A DNA stretch of 64,000 bases from an uncultured Planctomycetota bacterium (GCA_963737655.1 CAVTTN010000002.1:3488001-3552000), one strand, 5' to 3'. Shown: positions 30,266-41,228, counted from the stretch's first letter. Made by a program: numbers and translations. The notes: a model not told the origin generated them from the letters alone.

Positions 30266-30781
30266 TCAGGACCGCATCCGGTCGTACAGGAGGATGGCCA
30301 GCATGGACTTGGCGTCCTCGATCCGGCCGTCTCGGGCCATTTCGACGACCTCCGCCCAGGGGATCACGATCGGTTCGAGCCTCTCGTCGGGCTGGTGATC
30401 GGTCGGCCCCGGGGTGAGGTCTTCGCACACGTAGAGATACATCCGCTCGTTCATGACGCCCGGGGAGACCCACCATTCGGCGATCCGGGCGACTCGGCCG
30501 GCGGAGTATCCCGTTTCCTCGCGGAGTTCCCTCGGGGCGGTCTCGTCGGGCGATTCCCCGGCGTCGATCGTCCCGGCGGGCACTTCCAGGAGGGTCCGGT
30601 CCACGGCGTATCGGCCGTTCTTGACCAGGCAGACGTGGTCGCGATCGACCATCGGCAAGAGGGCGACGGCTCCGCGATGGAGGACGACCTCGCGGGTTGC
30701 GAACGAGCCATCGCCAGAAGGAACGTCCTGGAGGGCCAGGTCGATCTTCTTGCCTCGGTAGATCACCCGACGATCGCTCAT
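30266..30781 (-). CDS. NUDIX hydrolase (ADP-ribose pyrophosphatase NudF-like)
   Basis: Nudix box EVPAGTIDAGESPDETAPRELREETG; HRGAV; IEDAKS. Confidence 0.9.
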   Translation of the reverse strand: MSDRRVIYRGKKIDLALQDVPSGDGSFATREVVLHRGAVALLPMVDRDHVCLVKNGRYAVDRTLLEVPAGTIDAGESPDETAPRELREETGYSAGRVARIAEWWVSPGVMNERMYLYVCEDLTPGPTDHQPDERLEPIVIPWAEVVEMARDGRIEDAKSMLAILLYDRMRS

Positions 30782-31960
30782 GAAAGTCCCTCTTCCCGGC
30801 GATGGGCGCGCCATCCCGCCTCGAAGCGGTCCAGGGCGTCCCGGAGGATCGGCTCCTCGACGGCGAAGCAGAGACGGACGTGCCCTTCCCCGCCCTCGCC
30901 GAAGGCCGAGCCCGGGGCCAACCCCACGCCGAATTCTCTGACCAATCGGTCGCAGAACGCATAAGAGTCGGCCAGGCCGATGAGCCGGGGGAAGACGTAG
31001 AAGGCCCCGGAGGGTCGGGGAAGCTCGACGCCGACGATCCTGGCCATCCGATCCAGGACGATCCCCAGGTGCCTTCGATAGCGAGCCTGGGACTCGGCGA
31101 TGAACGGCTCGCCGTCGCGGAGGGCCACCTTCGCGGCTTCCTGGACGACTCCGGGGGCGTTGCTGACCACGAATTCCTGGAGGTGCGTCATCGGCCGGGC
31201 CAGCGACGGCGGCGCCACCGCGTAGCCGATCCGCCAGCCGGTCATCCGGTACGCCTTGGAGAAGCTCTGGGCGACGATCAGGCGATCCCGGAGCGCCTCG
31301 CACCGGAACGGCGACGGCGCGACGGGCCGGTCGAAGACGATCCGCTCGTACACGCCGTCGGCGAGGAGCCAGAGGCCGTGCCTCTCGCACAACTGGGCCA
31401 GGCGGTCCCAGTCCTCGGCCGAGGCCATCCACCCGGTCGGGTTGCCGGGGCTGGCCACGGCGATCAACCGGGAATCGGGCCGGACGGCCGCTTCCAGGCG
31501 GTCGAAATCGAGTTGATAGCCGTCGGGATGGAAGTCCAGGGGGAACTCGATCGCCTCGGCCCCGGTCACGCGGACGGCCGCGGCGGTATTCGGCCAGCTC
31601 GGCGTGATCACCAGGGCGGACGTCCCGGGTCCGAGCGTCGCCTGATAGGCCAGGACGATCGCGTTCATCCCGCTCGACGTGAGGATGACCTGACGGTCGG
31701 GGTCGATGGCGACGCCGTGGAGCATCGCCAGGTGGTCGGCGACGACCCGGCGGACTTCGGGATAGCCGGCGTTGGGCGTGTAGTAGGTGCGGTTGGCCTC
31801 GATGGCCCGGTGGGCGGCGTCCTTGATGAAATCGGGGGTGGGGAGCGTGTCCTCGCCCACGAACAGGCGGAGAGTGCCGGGGTGCTCGTCGGCCACCTCG
31901 GCGATGGCGCAGGATTTTTGAGGGGGGGATGTCGGTCGAGGGACTGAGCCGGGGCGTCAT
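30778..31960 (-). CDS. PLP-dependent aminotransferase class I/II; frameshift near 31911
   Basis: Motifs YTPNAG, SPGNPTG, DGVY, SFSKAYRMTGWRIGY, PGSAFG. The N-terminus MTPRLSP…SKI lies in another frame and has an ATGA overlap at 31957-31960. Confidence 0.88.
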
Positions 31961-32544
31961 CGCTCGTCCGCCTTCTCCCGGGGGACCAGTCGGCACATCA
32001 GGGCCACCGCCACCGCCGAGAGGATCGCGAACAGGCAGTGGCCGATGTTGTAATACGTCGTCGGCCCTCGCAACCCTTCCAGAAGGTTGAACGAGCGATC
32101 GACGGTCAGCCAGGTCTCGGAGAACGAGGAGAACGTCGCCATCGGTGTGACCGGCGGAGGCAGAGGGACCGGCATCGGCCCGGCCCGGGGAGGGACCATC
32201 GGGGCCACGGCCGGCGGCGCCTCGATCCCGAGCATGGGATAGATCGCGTCGAGGAGCGCGGTCGTCGCCAGCATCCCCCGCCGATCGTCGAACGAACCCG
32301 GCGAGTAGAGGACGAACGCCAGGGCGAAGTACACCCATCCCCCGACCGCGAACGACGCCCAGAAGTCTCGCCGAGGGCCGGGGCGACTCATGGCCCGTGC
32401 GGTGGCCAGCGTCAAGGTGGCCACGGTCGTCGAGAAGACCAGGGCCGATCCCAGCTTCGTCGGCCGGGCCAGGGCCGCCAGGCCCACGGCGAGGACGGCG
32501 ATCAACGCCATCGACCGCCCGATGCTGATCCGGGGCCTCGTCAT
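31957..32544 (-). CDS. hypothetical membrane protein
   Basis: SD AGGAGG; several TM segments; FAVGGWVY, IGHCL. Confidence 0.75.
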   Translation of the reverse strand: MTRPRISIGRSMALIAVLAVGLAALARPTKLGSALVFSTTVATLTLATARAMSRPGPRRDFWASFAVGGWVYFALAFVLYSPGSFDDRRGMLATTALLDAIYPMLGIEAPPAVAPMVPPRAGPMPVPLPPPVTPMATFSSFSETWLTVDRSFNLLEGLRGPTTYYNIGHCLFAILSAVAVALMCRLVPREKADER

Positions 32545-32569
32545 GGCCGACCTCCTCGCGAGTCCGGCG

Positions 32570-33430
32570 TCACTCTCCGCGAACCAGGGCGTGGAACCTC
32601 GTCAGGAGGTCCCTGGTGATCGGCCCCGGCTTGCCCGAGCCGATCGCCCGGCCGTCGCACTCGACCACCGGGATCACCTCGGCCGCCGTCCCGGTCAGGA
32701 AGCATTCGTCGGCCGTGTAGACGTCGTGCCGGTCCATCACCCGTTCCACGACGGTCAGGCCGATCCCCCGGGCGATCTCGATCACGGCGTCGCGGGTGAT
32801 CCCTTCGAGGATCCCGGCGTCGATCGACGGCGTATGGACCTCGCCTTTTCTCACCAGGAAGATGTTATCGCCCGTGCATTCGGCGACCTCGCCCTTGTGG
32901 TTGAGCATCAGGGCTTCGAGGCAGCCGGCGTTGGTGCCCTCGATCTTGGCGAGGATGCTGTTCAGATAATTGAGCGACTTGATCCGGGGGTTCAGCGCGG
33001 CGGGGTGGTTCCTCATCGTCCCGGCCGTGACGATCTTCAGGCCGTGCTCGTAGAGCTCGGGCGGATAGAGGCTGATCGAGTCGGTGATGATGATCACCTG
33101 AGGATCGGTCGTCTTCCTGGGGTCGAGGCCCAGGCTGCCGGCCCCCCGCGTCACGATCAATCGGATGTAGGCGTCCCGGAGGGCGTTGACCTTCAACGTG
33201 TCCACGACGGCCTGGGCCATGTCGGCCGGGGCCATCGGGATCGTCAGGTGGATGGCCTTGGCCGAGTCGTAGAGCCGCTCGACGTGCTGTTCCAGGCGGA
33301 AGACTCGTCCCGAGTAGGAGCGGATGCCCTCGAACACGCCGTCGCCGTAGAGGAGGCCGTGGTCGAAGACGCTGATCTTCGCGTCCGCCTTCTCGTAGAG
33401 CTTCCCGGCGATGTAGACCTTGGGCGGCAT
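32570..33430 (-). CDS. ilvE: branched-chain amino acid aminotransferase
   Basis: Motifs HGLLYGDGVFEG, KSLNYL, ECTGDNIF, LEGITR, GTAAE. Confidence 0.93.
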   Translation of the reverse strand: MPPKVYIAGKLYEKADAKISVFDHGLLYGDGVFEGIRSYSGRVFRLEQHVERLYDSAKAIHLTIPMAPADMAQAVVDTLKVNALRDAYIRLIVTRGAGSLGLDPRKTTDPQVIIITDSISLYPPELYEHGLKIVTAGTMRNHPAALNPRIKSLNYLNSILAKIEGTNAGCLEALMLNHKGEVAECTGDNIFLVRKGEVHTPSIDAGILEGITRDAVIEIARGIGLTVVERVMDRHDVYTADECFLTGTAAEVIPVVECDGRAIGSGKPGPITRDLLTRFHALVRGE

Positions 33431-33506
33431 CCTCGGTGTCTCCGGTCCGGGGAAAGGGGAACCGCCAGGGCGCCCGGGGCGCCTGGCGGTTCCACTCGCC
33501 CCCGGT

Positions 33507-34217
33507 TCAGGCCAGCGCCGGAGACCAATCCTCGATCCGACCTTCGGCCAGGCGGACCGTGCGATCGGCTTGCGCGGCGATCAGGGGGTCGTGGGTGACC
33601 ATCATCATAGTGAGCCCCCGCTCCCGGTTCAAGTCGCGGAGGAGCTCCAGGACCGACTGGCCGGAGCCGGCGTCGAGGTTGCCCGTCGGCTCATCCGCCA
33701 GGACGACCTCCGGGCCTCCGATCAGGGCCCGGGCGATCGCCGTCCTCTGCATCTCGCCTCCGGAAAGCTCGGAAGGCCGATGGGTCATGCGATGGGACAG
33801 GCCGACCCGGTCCAGGAGCGCCTCGGCCTCCCTGCGGATCGCCTTCTTCTGCTTGAGGTACGCGACGACCCCGTGGCGGATCATCAGCGGCACCATCACG
33901 TTTTCCAGGGCGGAAAGCTCGGGCAACAGGTGGTAGAACTGGAAGATGAACCCGAACGTGCGGTTGCGGAGGGCGTCTCGGCGGCGGTCGCCGAGGTGGT
34001 CGATCCGCTCGCCGTTGAGGAGGACCTCGCCCGAGTCGGGCGAGTCGAGCAGGCCGAGGACGTGGAGCATCGTGCTCTTGCCCGACCCGCTGGCGCCGAC
34101 GATCGCCACGAGCTCGCCGTGGTCGGCCTCGACGTCCACGCCTCGGAGGACCGGGACGGCCAGCTTCCCCTTGCGATACCCCTTCTCCAGCCCCTTCGCC
34201 GACAAGTGGACCGCCAT
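33507..34217 (-). CDS. lolD: lipoprotein-releasing ABC ATPase
   Basis: Motifs GASGSGKST, FIFQFYHLLPE, LSGGEMQR, ADEPTGNLD; follows the LolC/E-like gene. Confidence 0.85.
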   Translation of the reverse strand: MAVHLSAKGLEKGYRKGKLAVPVLRGVDVEADHGELVAIVGASGSGKSTMLHVLGLLDSPDSGEVLLNGERIDHLGDRRRDALRNRTFGFIFQFYHLLPELSALENVMVPLMIRHGVVAYLKQKKAIRREAEALLDRVGLSHRMTHRPSELSGGEMQRTAIARALIGGPEVVLADEPTGNLDAGSGQSVLELLRDLNRERGLTMMMVTHDPLIAAQADRTVRLAEGRIEDWSPALA

Positions 34218-34316
34218 CGCCCCGCCTCCGTGTGAGCCATCCGTGAATTCTTGAGCGTAAAGGACGTCCTGGGAACGGATAGCCGGGCTATCCGTTCGGT
34301 TCCGCGGCCATCCGCC

Positions 34317-35714
34317 CTACTCGAAGCGGAGGGCCTTGACCGGATGGAGCCGCGACGCCCTCTGGGCGGGCCAGATGCTCGCCAGGACCGCGATCACCAG
34401 CGCGCCGCCGACGATCCAGGCGACGGTGAACGGCTCGACCTTGGTGGGGATCTCGGGGAAGTAGTAGATGGCGTCGTCGAAGACCTTGTGGCCGGTCGCC
34501 TTGCTCAGTCCCTTCTCGATCACGTTGATGTACGCCACGAACAGGAGGCCGCCGACCATCCCCACGCCGCTGCCGACCAGCCCGAGCGACAGGCCATAGC
34601 CGAGGAAGATCCCCCGGACGCCCGAGGTCGACGCGCCCAGGGCCTTCAGCACGCCGATGTCCCGCGTCTTCTCGACCACGATCATCGAGAAAATCGCCAG
34701 GATGCCGAACCCGGCGACCGCGATGATGAAGAACAGGAGGATGTTCAGGATGCTCTGCTCGATCGCCACGGCGGCGAGCAACGGCCCCTGCTTCTGCTCC
34801 CACGTCTGGACCCGGAACTTCAGCGGCCACTTGCGGGCCAGGGCCTCGTTGATCTCGGCCGAGACCCGATCGAGGTCCGTCCCGGCCCGGGTCTTGACCT
34901 GGATCTGGTTGACGGCCCCACGGCCCTCGCCGTTGCCCATCCCGCGGAGGTACTGGAGGCGGTTGAGCGGCAGGTAAACATGAGTCGAATCGTACTCGCT
35001 CATCCCGGTCTTCGAGAAGGCGACGACGGTGAAGCTGTCGTGGACCGGCTCGGGCTTCTCGCCCGCCGAGACGAACGAGAGGATGACCTTCGAGCCGGTC
35101 GGGGCGATGAAGAAGTCTTTCTCGACGCCCGGCCGGTGGACCGAGGCGAGCGACCAGCCGAGGATCGTGCCGTGGTCGGGCACCTGGTTGCCGACCTGTT
35201 CGAGGAGGAGCTTGCGGACCTCCGGGTCTTCCTCCTCGGCGGCGAGTCGCGAGGCCGGGGCCTTGAGCTTCAGGGCCTCGCTGACCTCCAGCGACGGCGG
35301 CATCTTCCTGCCGTCCTCATCGACGAGGAAATCGGCGAACTGGCCCGTCTTGGCCCGTTCGGCGGGCTCGATGCCCATGATCTGCACTTGTCGAGTGAAG
35401 TTGTTCCCCTGGAAGTCGATCGTCAGCAGGGCGAAGGTCTCGATGCAGGAGGCCATGGCCTCGATCCGGTCGCCGCCGACCTCGCGGATCACGGCCTTGA
35501 CCTCGTCGGGGTTGCGGAACCCTTCGAGGGAGTTCGCCTCCACGCTGATGTCGGCCAGGACGCCGTGGAGACGGTCGCGCATCTGGTCGGCGAACCCGGC
35601 CATGACCGAGTTCACCACGATCATCGTGGCCACGCCCAGCATCACGCTGATCACGCTCGCCAGCGCGATGTAGCGGGTCTTCAAATATCGCCAGCAGAGC
35701 AAGTATTTGTACAT
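34317..35714 (-). CDS. lipoprotein-releasing ABC permease LolC/E (FtsX/MacB family)
   Basis: Motifs RYLK, IVVNSVMAGF, EKTRDIGVLKALGAS, WPAQRASRLHPVKALRFE. Confidence 0.88.
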   Translation of the reverse strand: MYKYLLCWRYLKTRYIALASVISVMLGVATMIVVNSVMAGFADQMRDRLHGVLADISVEANSLEGFRNPDEVKAVIREVGGDRIEAMASCIETFALLTIDFQGNNFTRQVQIMGIEPAERAKTGQFADFLVDEDGRKMPPSLEVSEALKLKAPASRLAAEEEDPEVRKLLLEQVGNQVPDHGTILGWSLASVHRPGVEKDFFIAPTGSKVILSFVSAGEKPEPVHDSFTVVAFSKTGMSEYDSTHVYLPLNRLQYLRGMGNGEGRGAVNQIQVKTRAGTDLDRVSAEINEALARKWPLKFRVQTWEQKQGPLLAAVAIEQSILNILLFFIIAVAGFGILAIFSMIVVEKTRDIGVLKALGASTSGVRGIFLGYGLSLGLVGSGVGMVGGLLFVAYINVIEKGLSKATGHKVFDDAIYYFPEIPTKVEPFTVAWIVGGALVIAVLASIWPAQRASRLHPVKALRFE

Positions 35715-35730
35715 CGGAGGGCTCCATCCC

Positions 35731-35752
35731 GTAGGGTGCATGAAATGCACCA
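35731..35752 (+). repeat. GTAG-type REP, family GTAGGGTGCATGAAATGCACC (single arm)
   Basis: GTAG tag plus hairpin; same family as 44340-44411 and 45888-45903. Confidence 0.85.
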
Positions 35753-35768
35753 CTTGGCTTGTGATCTC

Positions 35769-35895
35769 GAGAAAACCCCGATCGAAGGGATCGATCGAGT
35801 AGGTCCGACTTCAGTCGGGCCTACAAAATGTCTTGTGTTGCAGGCCCGACTGAAGTCGGACCTACTCGATTCGTCATTCTCAACGGGGTTTTCTC
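35769..35895. repeat. nested palindromes: GTAGGTCCGACTTCAGTCGG REP dimer (35794-35870) inside a GAGAAAACCCCG/CGGGGTTTTCTC pair
   Basis: Direct reverse-complement matches. Confidence 0.85.
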
Positions 35896-35944
35896 CGGAG
35901 CAACCATCTTGTCATTGGGCGACGCATGAAGTCCGCCGACATCC

Positions 35945-37414
35945 TCACATCTCCGGACGCAGCAAGGGAAACAGGATCACGTCCCGGATGCTCGCCCGGT
36001 TCATCAGGAGCATGCAGAGCCGGTCGATCCCCACGCCCAGGCCGCCGGCCGGGGGCATGGCGTGCTTCAGGGCCCGGACGAAATCCTCGTCCATCGTCGC
36101 CATCGAGTCCTCGGCCTTCTGCCCGGAGAGCTGGTTGCGGAACAGCTCCTCCTGCAACATCGGGTCGTTCAATTCGGTGTAGGCGTTGGCCAACTCCATC
36201 CCGTGGACGAACAGCTCGAACCGCTCGGCGACGGCGGGGTCGTCGGCCTTCCTCTTGGTCAGGGGGCAGAGCGCGGCGGGGTAGTCAATCACGAAGACGG
36301 GGCCTTCGAGCGAATCCTCCACGAGGGCCTCGAACAGGTCGCCGACGAGGACGTCGTGGTCCTTGCCGGTCGGGTCGATCCCGTTCTCCTTCGCCTTCTC
36401 GGTCACGCCCTCGCGATCGTCGATCGCCACGCCGACCCGTTCGGCGAACAACTCAGCATACGTCCGTCGCGACCAGGGGGGCGTGAAATCGACGACCTTC
36501 TCGCCCCAGGGGCGGACGAAGCCTCCGCCGATGGCCTCGATCGCCCCGCAGATCAGGCCTTGCGTGAGGTCCATCATCGAGTGGTAATCGCCGTAGGCCT
36601 GATACGCCTCCAGCATGGTGAACTCGGGGTTGTGCTTGCGGCTGATCCCCTCGTTGCGGAACACCCGGCCGATCTCGAAGACGCGCTCCATCCCGCCGAC
36701 CAGGAGCCTCTTGAGGTGCAATTCGAGCGCGATCCGCAAATACAGCTGCAAATCGAGCGCATTGTGATGGGTCACGAACGGACGCGCGGCGGCGCCCCCG
36801 GCGATGCTCTGCATCGTCGGCCCTTCGACCTCCACGAAGCCGCGATCGCCCAGGACCTTGCGGAACGCGGCGACGATCCGGGTCCGGCCCAGGAACGTCT
36901 GCATCGACTCGGGGTTGCTGAACAGATCGACGTAGCGCTGACGGCTGCGCTGCTCGACGTCGGTCAGCCCGTGCCATTTCTCGGGGGGAGGTAGCAGGCT
37001 CTTTCCCAGGAAATGGAGGGAGTCGGCGAAGACGGTGAGCTCGCCGGTCCGGGTATACTTGAGGTGGCCGTCCACGCCCAGGAGGTCGCCCAGGTCGAGC
37101 AGCTTGGTCAGGGCCCAGCCGGTCTCGCCGACCTGCTTCTTGCCGATCATGACCTGGATGCGGTCGGTCCAGTCGCCCAGTTGGAGGAAGACGACGTTCC
37201 CCTGCTCCCGCCTCAGGAGGATCCGCCCGGCCACGCGGACGACGGAGCCGGCCTCGTCGCTCCCGGAGGGGGCGGCGTCGAGCGTGCGGACCTCGCCGAT
37301 CGGCCGATGGTCGTCGAACCGGCGGCCCCAGGGGTCGATCCCCAGAGCAGCGATCTTCTCGAGCTTGTCCCGACGGACGGATTCGAGGTCTTCCCGAGGC
37401 TTCTCTTCGGACAT
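35945..37414 (-). CDS. lysS: lysine--tRNA ligase (class II)
   Basis: Motifs PEKWHGL, GGAAARPF, YLRIALELHLKRL, FRNEG, HNPEFT, GIDRL. Confidence 0.97.
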   Translation of the reverse strand: MSEEKPREDLESVRRDKLEKIAALGIDPWGRRFDDHRPIGEVRTLDAAPSGSDEAGSVVRVAGRILLRREQGNVVFLQLGDWTDRIQVMIGKKQVGETGWALTKLLDLGDLLGVDGHLKYTRTGELTVFADSLHFLGKSLLPPPEKWHGLTDVEQRSRQRYVDLFSNPESMQTFLGRTRIVAAFRKVLGDRGFVEVEGPTMQSIAGGAAARPFVTHHNALDLQLYLRIALELHLKRLLVGGMERVFEIGRVFRNEGISRKHNPEFTMLEAYQAYGDYHSMMDLTQGLICGAIEAIGGGFVRPWGEKVVDFTPPWSRRTYAELFAERVGVAIDDREGVTEKAKENGIDPTGKDHDVLVGDLFEALVEDSLEGPVFVIDYPAALCPLTKRKADDPAVAERFELFVHGMELANAYTELNDPMLQEELFRNQLSGQKAEDSMATMDEDFVRALKHAMPPAGGLGVGIDRLCMLLMNRASIRDVILFPLLRPEM

Positions 37415-37518
37415 CATCCCGCCTTACGATCGTGGGGGCGCCGGAGACTCACGCGGAATTCTAAAGGATTCCCCAACGCGGTCAACGCCAGCCGCCAGGT
37501 CGGAGGAGTCGCATCGCG

Positions 37519-37896
37519 ATGGAATGGTTCATGGTCGAGGTCGTCGTGAGCGACTGGGTGCGGAGCCTGGCGTGGTATCGCGACGTCCTCAAGGCCGACA
37601 CCGAGTTGATCGACGAGGCTCGGGGGTTCGTCTTGCTGAGGGTTGGCGGGGCGCGTCTGGCCCTGAAGCAAGGCCACCTCCCGGACGGTTCTCGCGGCGG
37701 ACTTCGGATCGTCGTCCGATCGGACGATCTCGAATCGGATCGCGAGGAGATGTCTCGGCGAGGTGTCGCGGTCGGTGTAATGATCGAGAATCGGGAGGAG
37801 AGCTTCCGCGAATTCCGAGTCGCGGACCCCGATGGCCTGGCGATCACGATCTTTGAATGGACCGTTTCGATCCGTCCCGATCCCGGGGACGAATGA
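37519..37896 (+). CDS. VOC/glyoxalase family protein
   Basis: Motifs RSLAWYRDVL and FRVADPDG; SD GGAGG. Confidence 0.85.
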   Translation: MEWFMVEVVVSDWVRSLAWYRDVLKADTELIDEARGFVLLRVGGARLALKQGHLPDGSRGGLRIVVRSDDLESDREEMSRRGVAVGVMIENREESFREFRVADPDGLAITIFEWTVSIRPDPGDE

Positions 37897-37914
37897 TTCC
37901 TGGGAGCCGCGAAT

Positions 37915-37969
37915 CCCGTAGGGCATGGCCTGCCGAGAATCGCCGGCAGGCCAAGGCCTGCCCTACGGG
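37915..37969. repeat. GTAG-type REP dimer, family GTAGGGCAGGCCTxGGCCTGCC (left arm partly deleted)
   Basis: Lies between convergent genes; homologous to 56391-56451. Confidence 0.85.
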
Positions 37970-38031
37970 TTGGGAAGCTGAATAAAGAACCATTGAAGTC
38001 GCGTGGCCTCAACCGTTGCCCCTCCTTCGGT

Positions 38032-39314
38032 TCATGCCGTGAGCAGGGGCAAAACGTAGGGGCCCTTCGGGATCACGGCGACCCTGGCGTCGGGGCCGTA
38101 CTCGGCCAGGGAGTCGGCGACGGCCTTTTCGACCGTCTCGGCCGGCTCAACGAAGAGGCGGGCGAGCACATCCGCGGGCAGGCCGTCGCTCACGAGCTTC
38201 ACCCTGGCCTTGCGGCGGACCTTGGCGAGCTCCTCGACCTGCCACTGGTCCATCACGAAGTAATCCTTGCCGAGGATTCGCTCCATGAACCCTTCGAGGG
38301 TGGCGTTCTCGTGGAAGAGGGACTGGAACTCGGGCGAGCCGATCCCCTCGGAGAGGCTCGCGGCGATGATGATCGTCCCGCCTTGCTTGACGATCGGCAG
38401 GCAGCCCGTCATGCCCTTCACGGCCTGGTAGAACGTGGTGTCCAGCGGGTAGCCGGCCGAACTGGTGACGACCACGTCCACCGGCTCGGGCAACGGGGCC
38501 TTCACCACGCTCTCGACGAACCGGACTCCTTCCAGGAACGCCTTTTCCATGTCGCCCGCGACCACGGACGTGACCCGCCGGTGGCTGTCCAGCGTCACGT
38601 TCACGATGAAGTCGCAACCGGCCATCCGGGCGATTCTCGTATTCTCCTCGTGGACCGGGTTGCCTTCGAGGAACCCGCAATCGGCCTTCGGGTGTTCGAG
38701 GAATTTCGGCCCGTGCCAGAGCTTGACCGTCTCCAGGGCGGCGATCCCGGGGCAGATCAGCTTGCGGCCCCCGGAGTAGCCGGCCATCAGGTGGGGCTCG
38801 ATCAGCCCGGTGGTGATCTTGAGGTCGGCGTTCACGTATCGGGAGTCGATCCAGGCGGGGACGTCGTTCTCGGTCGTCCCGAGATACGTATGCTCCTCGA
38901 TCCGGGTGCCGTGATGGTCCTCGACCCGGTAGCTGGCGGCGATCTCGGGCGAGAGCATCTCGTCCCGCTCGCTGGGGGTGCTCGGGCGGTGGAGCCCGGT
39001 CGCCACGAGGATCAGGACGTCCTCGCGGGCAATCCCGTTCTCATGCAGGGTCTTGAGCAAGGGACGGAGGATCGTGGCGTTCGGGACCGGCCGGGTGATG
39101 TCGCAGACGAGGATGCAGGCGTTCTTGCGGCCCTTCGCGATCTCGGCCAGGGGAGGACAGCCGGTCGGCGACCGCAGGGCCTGAGCGACGGCCCCTTCGG
39201 CGTCCTCCAGGGGGGGACGGCGCGGATCTCCAGGGGTCCGACGACTCGATCGGCGGGGAGGCGGACGGGCAGGCCGGTCCGTCCGTAGTCCAGGGTCACG
39301 TGGAGGGTCGTCAT
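38032..39314 (-). CDS. larA: nickel-dependent lactate racemase family protein; frameshift in the G7 run 39210-39216
   Basis: Motifs [38 protein letters not shown]. The N-terminus TLDYGRTGL is in an adjacent frame. Confidence 0.85.
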
Positions 39315-39384
39315 GGGGGTCACGCCGGTATCCGAGGGAGACGGTCGGGAGGAACCGCCTTCCAGGATACCGGCGCGACGGAGA

Positions 39385-41181
39385 TCAGGCCAGCGCGGGG
39401 GAGAGCGAGGCGTCGGTCGGCCGGGGCAGCGCGGCCGAGAGGAGGCGGTCCTTCGCCTCGTTCAGGGAGAACGAGACGGTGGAGGCGCCGGCGGCCTTGA
39501 GCCTCTCGGAGGTCTCGTCGGTCGCGCCCCCTTCGCCCCAGCGGCCGAACTGGATCGGCACGTCCTTCAGCCCGGCCTTGAGCCGCCGGACGAGGTAGCG
39601 GGCATTCGTGAGCCCGGCCGGCGGCAGGTGGGAGACGAGCACCAGCTTCGGCGACGTCTCGAGGATCTTCTGGACGAGCTTGAGGGGCGAGTCCGACTCG
39701 CCGACGATCGTCAGGTGGATCAGCTTCGGGTCGAGGAGCTGCGAGAGCATCCTCAGCGCCAGGGTGTCGGACAGGTCGTTGGCCGGGACGCCCGAGACCT
39801 CGATCGGCCCGCCCTCGGGCGGCTCGACGGCTTCGGGGGCGAGGGTGATGTCGGACGAGGCTTCCAGGTCGTCGAGGGCCTCGCCGATGATCCTCCAGAG
39901 GAACGCCCGCTCGCGATCCTCGATCTCCCCCCGGCTGAAGTCCCGTTCGGCGTGCGAGAGCGTCGGCAGGAACAGGGCCTCGAAGAGCTGAGCCCGGGTC
40001 TGCGTCTTGGAGGCGGTCTCGATGATCTCGATCGCCCCATCCTCGTCGAACGCCAGGAGCCTTTGATAGAACTTCACGTCCTGAGGGAGCTCGGCCTCCT
40101 CGCCCAGGAGGATCGAGAAGAACCCGAGGCTGGGGACGTACTTGCCCAGGACCGCCAGGCAGACGGTCAAGGGCGTGGAGAGCAGGAGGCCGAGGAGGCC
40201 CCAGAGCCACGTCCAGAACATGGCCGCCACGAGCAGGCCGAGGGCCGTCACGCCGGTGGTCCGGCCGTAGATCACCGGCTCCAGGAAGCTGTTGAGGATC
40301 GTCTCGACGACGGCGAAGAGGGCGATCACGCCGATCACGTGCCACGGGTCGGGGAATTGCGCGAAGGCGAACACCGTCGGCAGGGAGAACGCCACGAACG
40401 GCCCGAGATACGGGATGAATCGGGTGAACGCCGCGATGAACCCCCAGAGGACGGCATACGGGATCCCGATCAGGCCCAGCCCGACGCCAATGACCAGCCC
40501 GTAGCAGGAATTCACGGCCGCGAACGTGGCGAGATAGCGGCTGATCCTCTGGCCGACCTCGTCCATCGTCCGGGTCGTCAGCGAGATCTGCCTCCGCCCG
40601 AAGAGCTGGATCACGCGGTCGCCCAGGTCTTCGCGATTCATCATGATGAACAGGACGAGGATCAGGACGAAGCTGCCCACGCCGAGGAATTCCAGGTAGG
40701 GGCCGACCGCGTTCTGAATCCTCTTGGTGAAGTCCGGCTCATCGACGATCCTCACCTGCTGGACGTCGGTCTTCTTCGCCGGCCGGTCGATCTCCTTGAC
40801 CACGTCGGCCGTCATCTGCTGGACCTTGGAGAAATTGCTCGTTCGCCCCTGGCGAAGATTCTCGATCTTGGTGACGATCTGGTCGCGGTGCTCCGGCAAT
40901 TCCCCGGCGAGTGAGTCCAGTTGCCTCATGACCACGAACCCGATCACCCCCAGGGCCCCGAGCGTCAGGACGACCGTCACGATCACCGCCGGGACTCGGG
41001 GCAGCCCCCTCCTCTCGAAGAATCGGCAGAGAGGCGACAGCGCGAACGCCAGGAGGATCGAGAGCGCCAACGGCTTCAGGACCTCGGCCGCCAGCCCCAT
41101 CGAGGCGACCACGGCCACGATCACCAGCAGGATCACGACCGGGTGATCCATCGAGAAACTCTTGCGATTCGTCGCCGCCAC
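39385..41181 (-). CDS. AI-2E family transporter with C-terminal soluble domain
   Basis: Motifs PLALSILLAF, REDLGDR, RFIPYLGP, LEP..YG, FWTWLWG..GLLLSTPLTVCL. The GTG start is inferred. Confidence 0.88.
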   Translation of the reverse strand: MAATNRKSFSMDHPVVILLVIVAVVASMGLAAEVLKPLALSILLAFALSPLCRFFERRGLPRVPAVIVTVVLTLGALGVIGFVVMRQLDSLAGELPEHRDQIVTKIENLRQGRTSNFSKVQQMTADVVKEIDRPAKKTDVQQVRIVDEPDFTKRIQNAVGPYLEFLGVGSFVLILVLFIMMNREDLGDRVIQLFGRRQISLTTRTMDEVGQRISRYLATFAAVNSCYGLVIGVGLGLIGIPYAVLWGFIAAFTRFIPYLGPFVAFSLPTVFAFAQFPDPWHVIGVIALFAVVETILNSFLEPVIYGRTTGVTALGLLVAAMFWTWLWGLLGLLLSTPLTVCLAVLGKYVPSLGFFSILLGEEAELPQDVKFYQRLLAFDEDGAIEIIETASKTQTRAQLFEALFLPTLSHAERDFSRGEIEDRERAFLWRIIGEALDDLEASSDITLAPEAVEPPEGGPIEVSGVPANDLSDTLALRMLSQLLDPKLIHLTIVGESDSPLKLVQKILETSPKLVLVSHLPPAGLTNARYLVRRLKAGLKDVPIQFGRWGEGGATDETSERLKAAGASTVSFSLNEAKDRLLSAALPRPTDASLSPALA

Positions 41182-41228
41182 GGCGGTGCCCCCTTCATCG
41201 GTTGGGATCAGGACCGTCCGAGGGCCAT

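Noticed and set aside
30782..32338. 690-aa NUDIX fusion
   Set aside because: The upstream part is an off-frame read of two other genes; the NUDIX gene starts at 30781.
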